DNA of 64,000 bases. Source: Candidatus Alloclostridium intestinigallinarum (GTDB lineage: Bacteria; Bacillota; Clostridia; Christensenellales; UBA3700). The stretch spans positions 16,341 through 80,340 of the forward strand of contig CAJFNB010000001.1 of NCBI GenBank assembly GCA_904393845.1, given 5' to 3'. A program made the position numbers and the translations under genes. The notes below the pieces were generated by a model, which was given only the letters and a program-made list of their open reading frames with translations, made no database searches and was not told the DNA's origin. Positions 28,491 through 38,394 of this stretch are shown in pieces; within the stretch, counting starts at the first letter, position 1, and each line of letters starts with the position of its first letter.

Positions 28491-29227
28491 GCACAGGAAA
28501 AGAACGATATAGCTTCACGAAACTTTCCTCATTTAACAATTGCAAATATGGCTACAAGCTTACTTATATCGACCACTGTAAAGGTATAGGCAACTGCTTC
28601 AGTTCTTACGGCAGTCATGTCCATTCGATTATGGAACGATATGCCAAAGGGGAACTCAATCTTTGGGACTTGCCGTCTGTTTACGAATGGGAGTTCGACT
28701 CGGCAGTCCCTGAGAGTTTCCCTAAAAGCCGTTTTTGCAAAGATATGCGCAAGTTGTATTATGAACAAGGGCTCACGTTCTTAAATAACTTTTCCGGATA
28801 TGATGAAATCGACATTTTGGGAGTGGAAGAAACCTTTGAGTATCCTATTGATGATTGGATATTCACCGGTGTCATAGACCTTATAATCCGAGATAAAGAC
28901 GGGAAGCTTATCGTCCAAGACTACAAATCAAAATCAGCTTTTAAAAATAAAGCAGAGCAAGCAGAATACGCAAGACAGCTGTATCTTTATTCTCTCTATG
29001 TAAAAGAAAAATATGGAAAATATCCTGACTTATTGCGTTTTGTAATGTTCCGTAAAGAGAATATAATAGACATCCCCTTTAACGCGGCAGGAGCAGACGA
29101 AGCCGTTGGTTGGGCTAAGGAAACCGTTAAAAAAATACGCGAATGTGATGACTTTTCGCCGTCTTGCGAAGAATTTTTTGCCGAAAACTTATGTAACCAC
29201 AGAGAATATTGCATCAACAGAATTTAA
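28484..29227 (+). CDS. PD-(D/E)XK nuclease, Cas4/RecB-like with Fe-S cysteines
   Basis: TTG start. GVIDLIIRD...VQDYKS (D...QxK). One N-terminal Cys (FNNCKYGY) plus a C-terminal C...C...C...C cluster. Confidence 0.75.
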   Translation: MVSTGKERYSFTKLSSFNNCKYGYKLTYIDHCKGIGNCFSSYGSHVHSIMERYAKGELNLWDLPSVYEWEFDSAVPESFPKSRFCKDMRKLYYEQGLTFLNNFSGYDEIDILGVEETFEYPIDDWIFTGVIDLIIRDKDGKLIVQDYKSKSAFKNKAEQAEYARQLYLYSLYVKEKYGKYPDLLRFVMFRKENIIDIPFNAAGADEAVGWAKETVKKIRECDDFSPSCEEFFAENLCNHREYCINRI

Positions 29228-29242
29228 AGGAGGTGAATACCT

Positions 29243-31207
29243 ATCTTTGTAGAAAAGGAACAGATACAAAAAGCTAAAGCGAAGCTCGGAGATAGGAACG
29301 CCGACATAATAGCAGAGCTTCTGCATGTGGAAAAATGGGATGAAAAAAATAAAAAAGGATGCTGTCCGTGGCATTCGGAAGACACTCCGAGTTTTATATA
29401 TAACCCCAAAACTTATAGTATGCATTGTTTCGGATGCGCACGCAATACTGACATCATTGATGCATACATGCACACAGGTTTAACCTATATAGAAGCGGTA
29501 CAAAAGCTCTTCGAAGAAGCAAAAATACAATACACCTTCGGCGAAGTGGGGGTGAAAACCAAACATCAATATCATTATCCTACCCTCGACGAGTTGAACG
29601 AAAAAAGCCACGCGAGTGCTTATCTTGAAAAGAGAAAAATTTCCAGGGAAACTATCGACAAGCTTGATATCCGAGAAGATTCTCATGGTAATATCTCCTT
29701 CAATTATTACGACACAAACGATGTCCTTTGTATGGTTAAATATCGCCCTTCTCATAAAATTCCGAAAGGGTCGGGAGAAATAAAAAGCTGGTGCCAAAAA
29801 GGAGCGGATACAACTCCCCTTTTGTATAATATGAACCGCGTGAATATTACGCAACCTTTATTAATTACAGAAGGGGAACTCGATGCCGCTGCCGCAATTG
29901 AAGCTGGATACACAAACGCCGTTTCGGTTCCTTTTGGTGCGAACAACTACTCCTGGATAGAGGAAAATTTCGATTGGCTTGAACAATTCGATGAGATAAT
30001 AATTTGCTCGGACAACGACGAACCGGGAATAAAAATGCAAAAGGAATGTATTTTCAGACTTGGTTCGTGGCGAACGAAAGTAGTCGATGTGCCAAGGATA
30101 CATACCGACCCCGTCACAGGGAAAACCATCCCGATGAAAGACTTGAACCATGTTCTGTACTACGAAGGGAAAGATGCAGTTATAAACCTCATACATAATG
30201 CGAAAGACTCTCCCGTGGATAGCGTTTCAGATTTTTCAGACATTTCAAACATTGATCTGGATGAAATTGATGGAGTAAAAACCGGCATAGAAGAAATCGA
30301 CAGCAAGCTCATGAAACTCTTTTATGGCTCATTTACGATTATAACCGGGGTCAACGGTTCTGGTAAAAGTAGTTTTATATCTCAATTGATATGCAATTCC
30401 TTAGACGATGGCAAAAACGCATTTCTCTATTCAGGGGAACTACCTAATTTTCAGTCAAAAAACTGGATAAATTATATATTCTCCGGACAACGTAATTTGA
30501 GGGAATACAACATAAGCGGCGCCCAGTATTGGAAAGTAACACCCGAAGCGCAAGCAAAAATCAACGAATTTTATAAAGGGAAACTGTTTATCTACAAAGA
30601 CGGGTATGACCACCGCGTAGATTCTATTTTACAGGCAATGGAAGACACAACTCGAAAATACGGTTGCAAGTTCCATCTTATAGATAATCTTACATCGGTC
30701 AATCTCGGGGCAAATGACCAAAATAAGTTCCAAAAGCAAGAAGAATTCGTCACAAGGTTAATTGATTTTGCCAAAAAATTCAATGTTGCCGTAGTGCTTG
30801 TGGTTCACCCCCACAAGCTGGACACAATGCGAAGATTGACAAAAATGGACATACAAGGTATTTCCGCAATCATAGACCTGGCGCATAGAATTATCAGTCT
30901 ATATCGCGTTACAGCGGCTGATAAGAAAGGTGAACCCAGTAAAAAAGGAAATGGCTGGTACAAAGAGCCTATCAAATACGACGTGCTCTGTGACATCCTC
31001 AAGGATAGAATGCTGGGCTTCGAAGGCAGTACGACGGGGTTATATTACGATCGTCCCTCAAGACGTTTTTTTGTCGATGAAAAAACTCTCGACAAGAAAT
31101 ATAAGTGGGACGATGCCGAATACGACTCCCCGCTCCCATTCCCACCGCCCCAACTTAACACACCTGCCGATGATGAAATTTACGGTACGATAAAGGAGGC
31201 TACATGA
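29243..31207 (+). CDS. bifunctional DNA primase / DnaB-like helicase (T7 gp4-like)
   Basis: CHC2 Zn finger CCPWHSEDTPSF...CFGC; TOPRIM EGELDA...DNDEPG; Walker A GVNGSGKSS. The 5' end is uncertain: ATC 29243 behind AGGAGG, or GTG 29327. Confidence 0.85.
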   Translation: MFVEKEQIQKAKAKLGDRNADIIAELLHVEKWDEKNKKGCCPWHSEDTPSFIYNPKTYSMHCFGCARNTDIIDAYMHTGLTYIEAVQKLFEEAKIQYTFGEVGVKTKHQYHYPTLDELNEKSHASAYLEKRKISRETIDKLDIREDSHGNISFNYYDTNDVLCMVKYRPSHKIPKGSGEIKSWCQKGADTTPLLYNMNRVNITQPLLITEGELDAAAAIEAGYTNAVSVPFGANNYSWIEENFDWLEQFDEIIICSDNDEPGIKMQKECIFRLGSWRTKVVDVPRIHTDPVTGKTIPMKDLNHVLYYEGKDAVINLIHNAKDSPVDSVSDFSDISNIDLDEIDGVKTGIEEIDSKLMKLFYGSFTIITGVNGSGKSSFISQLICNSLDDGKNAFLYSGELPNFQSKNWINYIFSGQRNLREYNISGAQYWKVTPEAQAKINEFYKGKLFIYKDGYDHRVDSILQAMEDTTRKYGCKFHLIDNLTSVNLGANDQNKFQKQEEFVTRLIDFAKKFNVAVVLVVHPHKLDTMRRLTKMDIQGISAIIDLAHRIISLYRVTAADKKGEPSKKGNGWYKEPIKYDVLCDILKDRMLGFEGSTTGLYYDRPSRRFFVDEKTLDKKYKWDDAEYDSPLPFPPPQLNTPADDEIYGTIKEAT

Positions 31208-34200
31208 GAATTTTCCAAAACTATCATAAGCATTCTATGTATACAAACGTCAGAATTTCCGATTCGGCGGTTACCCCGGAAGCATATGCTTTGCGCGCAA
31301 AAGAACTTGGGCATACCATTGTTTCTTCTTGTGAGCACGGATGGCAAGGTAATTACTTCGAGACTATCGAAATAGCAAAAAAATACGGTCTTAAACCATT
31401 GATTGGCGCAGAGGCCTATTGGGTTAAAGACCGTTTTGAAAAAGACAGAAGCAACTGCCATATGTTTATCGGAGCAAAAAACGAACGTGGAAGGCAGGCT
31501 CTGAACGACGTGCTCTCCGAAGCAAATCTCACAGGCTTCTACGGGCAACCGAGGCTTGACATCCCTTTAATTCTCTCTCTTCCAAAAGACGATGTCATAG
31601 TCACGTCAGCCTGTATAGCCTATTGGAGATATGAAGACATAGAACAGATAACGGCTGAGTTTGCCAACCACTTCGGCAAAAACTTTTTCTTAGAGGTTCA
31701 ATACCACAACACCCCGTCCCAAAGAGAATTAAATCAACGAATCTTGAAACTTCATAACGAGCTGAAAATCCCGTTGATTATGGGGTGCGACAGCCATTAC
31801 ATATACCCCGAACATGGACAAACCAGAAGTGATTTTCTAGTTTCTAAGGGCTTGTCATATCCAGATGAAAAAGGATGGTTTTTAGACTACCCCGATGGTG
31901 ATACGGCATATCAACGTTTCGCCACCCAATGCGTATTAAGTGATAGCGAAATATGCGACGCGATGGACAACACAAACGTGTTTTTGGATGTCGAAGAATA
32001 TGATACGCCTATCTTCAATTCCGAAATAAAAATGCCGTCGCTCTACCCTAACGCCACACAAGGTGAAAAGAACGAAATATATAAACAGCTGGTGTGGCAA
32101 GGATGGAAAGAGTACAGAAAACAAGTTCTTGAAGATAGGTGGGCTCATTATGAAGACGATATTAAAAAGGAAATGCAAATCGTCTTCGATACCAACATGG
32201 CCGACTACTTTATCAATAACTATTATATAATACGCAAAGGTAAGGAAAACGGGGGCTGGCTTACCAAGTCAGGCAGGGGGTCGGCAGTATCTTTTATAAC
32301 AAATATGTTGCTAGGGTTTACCGAAGTAGATCGTATTGCGGCAAAAACCCACATGTATCCAGAGCGTTTTATGAGCACTACCCGTATATTGGAAAGTGGT
32401 TCGCTCCCCGACATAGACTTCAACTGCGCCCCCGTCGAGCCTTTCGCCCGTGCGCAAAAAGAAGTTCTCGGGGACGACCACTCGTATCCGATGATAGCGT
32501 ATGGAACAATGCAGAAATCGGCGGCATGGAAATTATATGCAAAATCACAGGGAATCCCATTTGAGATAGCCAATGCCGTTTCAGAACAAATACGCAAATA
32601 CGAAAACGCAATTAAACACGCTCAGGAAGACGAAAAAGAAGCCGTTGACATTTTTGATTATATCGACAGAGAGTATCGGGACATCTACGAAAGAAGCAAA
32701 GATTATCTCGGACTTGTTACATCTTGGAGTATTGCCCCCTGCTCATATCTCCTGTATTCCGGGAGCATTCGAAAAGAAATAGGGCTCGTCAAAGTCAAGG
32801 ATAACATCTGTTGCATTATGGACGGGCATTGGGCTGAAAAATGCCACTTTCTGAAAAACGATTTGTTAAAGGTCTCGGTCGTGGACTTGATATATCGAGC
32901 CTATCACCGAATAGGTATGGAACCACCGACTGTCAACGAACTGCTAAAGATGTGCCCGCCCGACGACCCCGCGTGGGAAATTTACGAGCTTGGTTGCACC
33001 TTGGGTATCAATCAATGCGAACAGCCGGGAACATCGGCACGCGCAGGCAAATATAAGCCGAAAAACATATCGGAATTGGCCGCTTTTGTCGCGGCAATAC
33101 GCCCGGGATTCAAATCAATGTACAAAACTTTCGAAAGCAGAAAGCCGTTTGCCTATGGTGTAAAAGCGTTCGACGATTTAATACAGACGGAAGAAATGCA
33201 AAACAGCTTTATTCTTTATCAAGAGCAAGAAATGGCAGCTCTGAATTACGCCGGGCTAGATATGAGCGAATGCTACACCGCCATCAAAAACATTGCGAAA
33301 AAGCGCACGGATAAAGTCTTGGCGTACAAAGAGATGTTTGTAAACGGCGTTTCAAAAAAGTTAATGAGGGTCGAAAACAAAGACGAGAAAACCGCAATTG
33401 AACTCGCAACAACCCTGTGGACAATTATAGAAGACTCTGCCAATTACTCGTTCAATGCTTCCCACGCATACTGCGTAGCGCTCGACAGCTTGTATGGTGC
33501 GTGGATTAAGGCTCACCACCCTCTTGAGTTCTACGAAGTGATGCTTACTATCGCAGAAGAGAAAGGTGATAAAGATAAAATGAACGCCCTTAAAAACGAG
33601 GCTGAAAGTTTCTTCTCGGTAAAATTCCCGCCATTCAGATATGGACAAGACAACCGGCAAATTAAAGCCGACTCCTCCTCTAATTCGATTATTAACTCCA
33701 TATCATCCATCAAGGGGTTTAATGTCAGCGCGGGAGAAATTTTGTATAACTGTGCCCAACAACATTTTTCTTCGTTTATTGATGTATTGAGTTGGCTCAG
33801 CTCAAAAGGATTTAAAGAAGCAAAAGTCAAGCCCTTAATCCTCATAGGATATTTTCAGCAATTCGGGAACATCAACAATTTATTGTTTCTCCTGGACTCT
33901 TGGAAATTATTCAAGGAAGGCGAAGCCAAGCTTATACGAAAGGATAAAGTTAAGCACAATATCATCAACGACATTTTAAAAGAAAAATGTATGGCTGAAG
34001 CAAAGAACGGGGCTGAAAGTACGAATTACAAGGTCGCAGGGCTTTGTGAAGAATGTTTAAAAGAATTGGAAAAGCGAATCACGGAACAACCATTGCCCGC
34101 TCCCTCGGTTAAAGAACAAGTCAACAACTCCCTCGATATTTTAGGGTATGTAGATGTCGTCACCAATAACCCCGATGACAGAAAACGTTTATTGATAACC

Positions 34201-34413
34201 GATGTAACGAAAATGGAAGACAGTTCAGGCAAGACTTGGGGATACAGGATTGGGACACATAGTATTGGCACCGGCAAATCCGCAAGAGTGACTATTCGGG
34301 CTGCTAAGTTCGCGCAATCACCAGTTAAGCCAGGAGATATTCTTTACGCTACCGAGGTATATCAAAACAAAAGTGGCTATTGGTATCTTATATCTTATAG
34401 AAAAGAAATATAG
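31204..34413 (+). CDS. dnaE: DNA polymerase III alpha subunit (DnaE-type)
   Basis: 1069 aa. N-terminal PHP domain (HKHSMYTN...SSCEHG), LPDIDFNC palm motif, C-terminal OB-like region. Confidence 0.9.
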   Translation: MRIFQNYHKHSMYTNVRISDSAVTPEAYALRAKELGHTIVSSCEHGWQGNYFETIEIAKKYGLKPLIGAEAYWVKDRFEKDRSNCHMFIGAKNERGRQALNDVLSEANLTGFYGQPRLDIPLILSLPKDDVIVTSACIAYWRYEDIEQITAEFANHFGKNFFLEVQYHNTPSQRELNQRILKLHNELKIPLIMGCDSHYIYPEHGQTRSDFLVSKGLSYPDEKGWFLDYPDGDTAYQRFATQCVLSDSEICDAMDNTNVFLDVEEYDTPIFNSEIKMPSLYPNATQGEKNEIYKQLVWQGWKEYRKQVLEDRWAHYEDDIKKEMQIVFDTNMADYFINNYYIIRKGKENGGWLTKSGRGSAVSFITNMLLGFTEVDRIAAKTHMYPERFMSTTRILESGSLPDIDFNCAPVEPFARAQKEVLGDDHSYPMIAYGTMQKSAAWKLYAKSQGIPFEIANAVSEQIRKYENAIKHAQEDEKEAVDIFDYIDREYRDIYERSKDYLGLVTSWSIAPCSYLLYSGSIRKEIGLVKVKDNICCIMDGHWAEKCHFLKNDLLKVSVVDLIYRAYHRIGMEPPTVNELLKMCPPDDPAWEIYELGCTLGINQCEQPGTSARAGKYKPKNISELAAFVAAIRPGFKSMYKTFESRKPFAYGVKAFDDLIQTEEMQNSFILYQEQEMAALNYAGLDMSECYTAIKNIAKKRTDKVLAYKEMFVNGVSKKLMRVENKDEKTAIELATTLWTIIEDSANYSFNASHAYCVALDSLYGAWIKAHHPLEFYEVMLTIAEEKGDKDKMNALKNEAESFFSVKFPPFRYGQDNRQIKADSSSNSIINSISSIKGFNVSAGEILYNCAQQHFSSFIDVLSWLSSKGFKEAKVKPLILIGYFQQFGNINNLLFLLDSWKLFKEGEAKLIRKDKVKHNIINDILKEKCMAEAKNGAESTNYKVAGLCEECLKELEKRITEQPLPAPSVKEQVNNSLDILGYVDVVTNNPDDRKRLLITDVTKMEDSSGKTWGYRIGTHSIGTGKSARVTIRAAKFAQSPVKPGDILYATEVYQNKSGYWYLISYRKEI

Positions 34414-34422
34414 GAGGAATAC

Positions 34423-35307
34423 ATGAAAGAAATTCTTATAATTAACGGTTCCGGCGGAGTCGGAAAAGGAGAATTTGTAAAAGCCCTTAAACGATTTGCG
34501 ACGGTGAGATACATCAGCATCGCCGATAAAGCAAAAAGTATAGCTAAAGACATCGGGTGGGATCAGCAAAAACGGGAAAGAGATAGAAAATTCCTTTACG
34601 ACTTGAAACATCTGATAGATGAATACAATGATTACAATTATCATTACGTTCAGGAAGAAATCAACAAATTTTTGAAAAAAAGATATGAAGAAATTCTGTG
34701 TATTGATATGCGTGAAAAGGAACAAATTGAGAGAGCTAAAGCTGATTTCGGAGCAAAAACCATATTGGTAACTCGTCCCGATGTTGCCCAAATCACATCC
34801 AACCCCGCGGATAAAAATGTCAATGATATTGAATACGACTTCACCGTTGATAACGATGGAAATTTGAACGATTTGTTATTAACCGCACGAAACATCGTCG
34901 AAATCCTTAGACAACAATGGAGGGCTACACACAAAGCTACAAAACCAAACGAGTATAACAAAGTCATATACATAAGCCACCCGTTCGGTGGGGAACAAAA
35001 AAATATCGAAGATATTGAAAGAATAATTCTTTCTCTTATCAAAGATCTGCCGGACTATCTGTTTCTCTCCCCTTGTCATGCATTCGGATACCAATACAAA
35101 GAACTTGATTACGAACAAGGACTTTCCGAATGTATCTGGCTACTTGACCAGGCAGATGAAATGTGGGTATTCGGAGATTGGGAAAATAGTAAGGGTTGCT
35201 TTGCGGAAATTGATTACTGCGAAACAATGCATATACCATATCACATATTCAAAAATAAGGAGGAAGCATTAAATGAAGGTAACACTTTACACGACCGGTT
35301 GTCCTAA
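34423..35307 (+). CDS. P-loop kinase-like domain fused to DUF4406 / nucleoside 2-deoxyribosyltransferase-like domain
   Basis: N-terminus ILIINGSGGVGKG (Walker A-like). C-terminal half VIYISHPFGG...WVFGDWENSKGCFAEIDYC resembles the DUF4406 pattern. Confidence 0.55.
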   Translation: MKEILIINGSGGVGKGEFVKALKRFATVRYISIADKAKSIAKDIGWDQQKRERDRKFLYDLKHLIDEYNDYNYHYVQEEINKFLKKRYEEILCIDMREKEQIERAKADFGAKTILVTRPDVAQITSNPADKNVNDIEYDFTVDNDGNLNDLLLTARNIVEILRQQWRATHKATKPNEYNKVIYISHPFGGEQKNIEDIERIILSLIKDLPDYLFLSPCHAFGYQYKELDYEQGLSECIWLLDQADEMWVFGDWENSKGCFAEIDYCETMHIPYHIFKNKEEALNEGNTLHDRLS

Positions 35308-35473
35308 ATGTACGGTCTTAAAAGCCAAATTGGACGCCAAAGGGATTGCTTACACTGTAGAAAGCAATACTGAAGAAATGGCCAGGAGGGGGTTTGATTA
35401 TCTCCCGATGCTTGAAGTTGACGATATAGTTTACGACTTTGCCAAAGCCGTAAAATGGGTAAATGAGAGGTGA
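35273..35473 (+). CDS. nrdH: glutaredoxin-like protein NrdH
   Basis: 66 aa; CPKC redox motif at residues 10-13; sits immediately upstream of nrdD. Confidence 0.7.
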   Translation: MKVTLYTTGCPKCTVLKAKLDAKGIAYTVESNTEEMARRGFDYLPMLEVDDIVYDFAKAVKWVNER

Positions 35474-37383
35474 TTATGGAAATAAGTTTGAATTTGGACA
35501 AAGAATTTACTGATTGTATAAATGAACTCCGCGAAAAATATGGTGAAAAATTTGAGATGATGAATGGCTTTCACAACCAAAATCTTAATTTCACCGATTT
35601 TATAAATAATTTTGTCGATACTGCGACCGTAGCGGATGTCACGATTGACGCGAACGCGAACAGTAGCACTCACGACGTTCGCACATTAATGAGCGATATG
35701 GTTAAACCCCATACAAAACTACTTTCGTTCAATAAAATATTCTGCGAGACGCGGAAAAAATACGGGGTCGAAGCTGCACGAAAGTGGCTTGAAGAGGAAT
35801 GGAACGGAACGTTTTATCTGCATGACGCCCCTTCCGCAAGTTTCCTGAGTTACTGTTATGCATACGATATCCAGCAGATAGCGGAAAAGGGATTGTTCTT
35901 TATAAACCGATTCAAAACAAGCCCTCCTAAACACCTTACAACCTTCAATGACCACATTCTTGAATTTATTTCTTGGGCTGCAAACCGGACGAGCGGCGCC
36001 GTCGGGTTGCCAAGCTACCTTGTTTACAGTTTCTACTTTTGGAAGGAAGATGTAAAAAACAAGGTGTTTTTAAAAGACCCCGAATATTATCGCAGACAGT
36101 GTTTTCAAAAATTCGTATATGACCTGAACCAGCCATATCTCCGTGTGACTGAATGTGCGTTCACGAACATTACCATTATGGATAGATGCTATCTTACCGA
36201 ATTGTTCGGTGGCAAACAGTTCCCGAATGGAGAGTACATAATCGATTACATCGACGATATCATAGAACATCAGAAAGTCTTTATGGAAGTAGTATCGGAA
36301 ACTCGTGCAGACACCATGATGACATTCCCTGTTTTGACGTACAGTCTGCTGTATCAGAACGGAAAATTTGTTGACGAAGATTTTGCGCGTTGGTGCAATA
36401 AACACAATATGAAATGGTGCGACAGCAATTTTTATGTCGGAAACGACGTTACATCGCTTTCTAACTGCTGTCGCCTCGTTTCCAATACGAAAAAACTCCG
36501 TGCCTTTATCAATTCCATAGGTGGCACTTCCCTTTCGATAGGAAGCGTAAAGGTCAATACGATAAACCTGCGGCGTATAGCATTGGAAGCAAATGGTGAC
36601 CAGAACAAATATATAGAAATCCTTGGAGATAGAGTGAAAACTTGTATTAGAACGCTGGACGTGATACGTGGAATTATTTCGAGAAATATCGAAAAGGGCT
36701 TGCTTCCCAATTATAGTTACGGGCTTATTGAACTTGATAAGCAATACAACACAATCGGGATTACCGCAATGTATGAAGCACTGAACGATTTCGGACTGAT
36801 AGATACTGATGAGTTCGGGAATAAGTCGTATTCAACAAAAGGCCTTGAATTTGCAAAGCGTATTATGAACACCATAAATACCATCAAGGATGAATACGAA
36901 AATGGTTATAGCATAAATGTCGAAGCTATACCAGCCGAGCGTGCAAATGTGGTTCTCTGTAATAAAGACAACGAACTCTACCACCCCGAAAAAGAATATT
37001 TTATCTACAGCAACCAATGGATACCCCTTATGGAAAAATGCACACTGAATGAAAAAATTAAGCTCGGAGCGTTGTTGGATAAGGAGTGCGGCGGAGGACA
37101 AATTTCGCACATAAATATTCAGGGCGACTTTGCCAGCGAAGAGCAGGCTTGGGGGCTTTTAAATTACATAGCAAGTCAAGGCGTAATTTACTTCGCCTAC
37201 AATAAGAAAATCTCCGTATGTGAAAACGAACACGCGTTTTTCGGTGAAACGTGTCCTAAGTGTGGCAAACCTAAAACAGATACATATTGTAGAGTTGTCG
37301 GATTCCTCACCCCCGTCAGCAGTTGGAGTAAGGAACGAAAGAAAGAATTTGATCACCGTAAATGGTTTAAGGTGAGCGAATGA
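35470..37383 (+). CDS. nrdD: anaerobic ribonucleoside-triphosphate reductase (class III)
   Basis: 637 aa. C-terminal Zn ribbon CENEH...CPKCG and glycyl-radical loop CRVVGFLTPV. Confidence 0.9.
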   Translation: MIMEISLNLDKEFTDCINELREKYGEKFEMMNGFHNQNLNFTDFINNFVDTATVADVTIDANANSSTHDVRTLMSDMVKPHTKLLSFNKIFCETRKKYGVEAARKWLEEEWNGTFYLHDAPSASFLSYCYAYDIQQIAEKGLFFINRFKTSPPKHLTTFNDHILEFISWAANRTSGAVGLPSYLVYSFYFWKEDVKNKVFLKDPEYYRRQCFQKFVYDLNQPYLRVTECAFTNITIMDRCYLTELFGGKQFPNGEYIIDYIDDIIEHQKVFMEVVSETRADTMMTFPVLTYSLLYQNGKFVDEDFARWCNKHNMKWCDSNFYVGNDVTSLSNCCRLVSNTKKLRAFINSIGGTSLSIGSVKVNTINLRRIALEANGDQNKYIEILGDRVKTCIRTLDVIRGIISRNIEKGLLPNYSYGLIELDKQYNTIGITAMYEALNDFGLIDTDEFGNKSYSTKGLEFAKRIMNTINTIKDEYENGYSINVEAIPAERANVVLCNKDNELYHPEKEYFIYSNQWIPLMEKCTLNEKIKLGALLDKECGGGQISHINIQGDFASEEQAWGLLNYIASQGVIYFAYNKKISVCENEHAFFGETCPKCGKPKTDTYCRVVGFLTPVSSWSKERKKEFDHRKWFKVSE

Positions 37384-37859
37384 TAATCAAAGACATCCAA
37401 GACGAAACTCTTCAAGACTATAAGGATGTCGCAATGCTTATCTCTGCCCGCACCTGCGACTGGAAATGTTGCAGGGACGCGGGGTATGAGATATGCCAGA
37501 ATTCCGAAGTCGCAAGACGAAAGGATATAGACATTCCGAACGAGAATATCTGTGAAAGATACTTGTCCAACAAAGTCAGCAAGGCAATTATTTTCGGAGG
37601 TCTTGAACCGATGTTCCAGATCCTAGATATATTGGCTATCTTGGAATTGTTGAGAAACCATTACCATTGTAATGATACCGTCGTAATATATACGGGATAC
37701 GATAAATCCGAAATCAAGCCGCAGATAAGAGCCCTTTCCGAATACCCTAACGTAATAGTAAAATACGGGCGATTTATACCAAACCAGCCTACTCATTATG
37801 ATGCCGTTTTGGGGGTGTTTCTTGCAAGTCCCAACCAATGGGCAGAAAAAATTTCATAA
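37380..37859 (+). CDS. nrdG: putative class III RNR activase (NrdG-like)
   Basis: ATGA overlap with nrdD; 159 aa; Cys cluster TCDWKCCRD...CQN; GGLEP motif. The cluster spacing is atypical. Confidence 0.55.
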   Translation: MIIKDIQDETLQDYKDVAMLISARTCDWKCCRDAGYEICQNSEVARRKDIDIPNENICERYLSNKVSKAIIFGGLEPMFQILDILAILELLRNHYHCNDTVVIYTGYDKSEIKPQIRALSEYPNVIVKYGRFIPNQPTHYDAVLGVFLASPNQWAEKIS

Positions 37860-37869
37860 GGAGAAAATA

Positions 37870-38055
37870 ATGAAAATAATAATAAATCCCGATTTAGAGT
37901 TTGCCGCAAAGGTCAAGGAGCAGATTCTCTCAAACGATGGATACTGTCCGTGCAGAATTTCCCGCACCCCTGATACAAAGTGTATGTGCAAAGAATTCCG
38001 CGAGCAGAAAGAACCGGGGTTATGTCATTGCGGACTTTATCTGAAAACAGAATAA
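37870..38055 (+). CDS. ferredoxin:thioredoxin reductase catalytic-subunit-like small protein
   Basis: Start at ATG 37870 behind AAGGAG. The CPC-x9-CMC-x11-CHC arrangement (GYCPCR...KCMCKEF...LCHCGLY) resembles the FTR beta chain. Confidence 0.6.
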   Translation: MKIIINPDLEFAAKVKEQILSNDGYCPCRISRTPDTKCMCKEFREQKEPGLCHCGLYLKTE

Positions 38056-38058
38056 TAT

Positions 38059-38084
38059 AGGACGCCATGAAACCATGGCGTCCT
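38059..38084 (+). terminator. strong hairpin at end of early operon
   Basis: AGGACGCCATG (38059-38069) pairs with CATGGCGTCCT (38074-38084), 11 bp, loop AAAC. No clear U-tract. Confidence 0.5.
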
Positions 38085-38304
38085 ACTCTAGAAGGTGCTC
38101 CACAAGAGCATGAGCACTTGCTCTTGTGACAATGCGCGTTCCGAAAAGGTAAGCAATCCCAAAAAACCTATCGGAACATTTTTATTCTACCACAAAAAAA
38201 TTTTTTGTCAAGGGTTTGTGATAATTTAAATTTTAACAAAAATAACTTTACCCTTTTTATTGACACCCGATGTTATATTCGGTGGGATATATTATAAAAA
38301 AATA

Positions 38305-38318
38305 TGAACAAATGTTCA
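38305..38318. promoter_or_regulatory. palindromic operator-like site upstream of the sigma-like gene
   Basis: TGAACA-AA-TGTTCA perfect inverted repeat, 77 nt upstream of ATG 38395. TTGACA hexamers lie nearby. Confidence 0.35.
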
Positions 38319-38394
38319 GAATTTTGACACTCAGATATTGCTTTTGGCGAATTTAGGATATACACTAAAATTACAGTAACCCAAGGAGGAAAAT

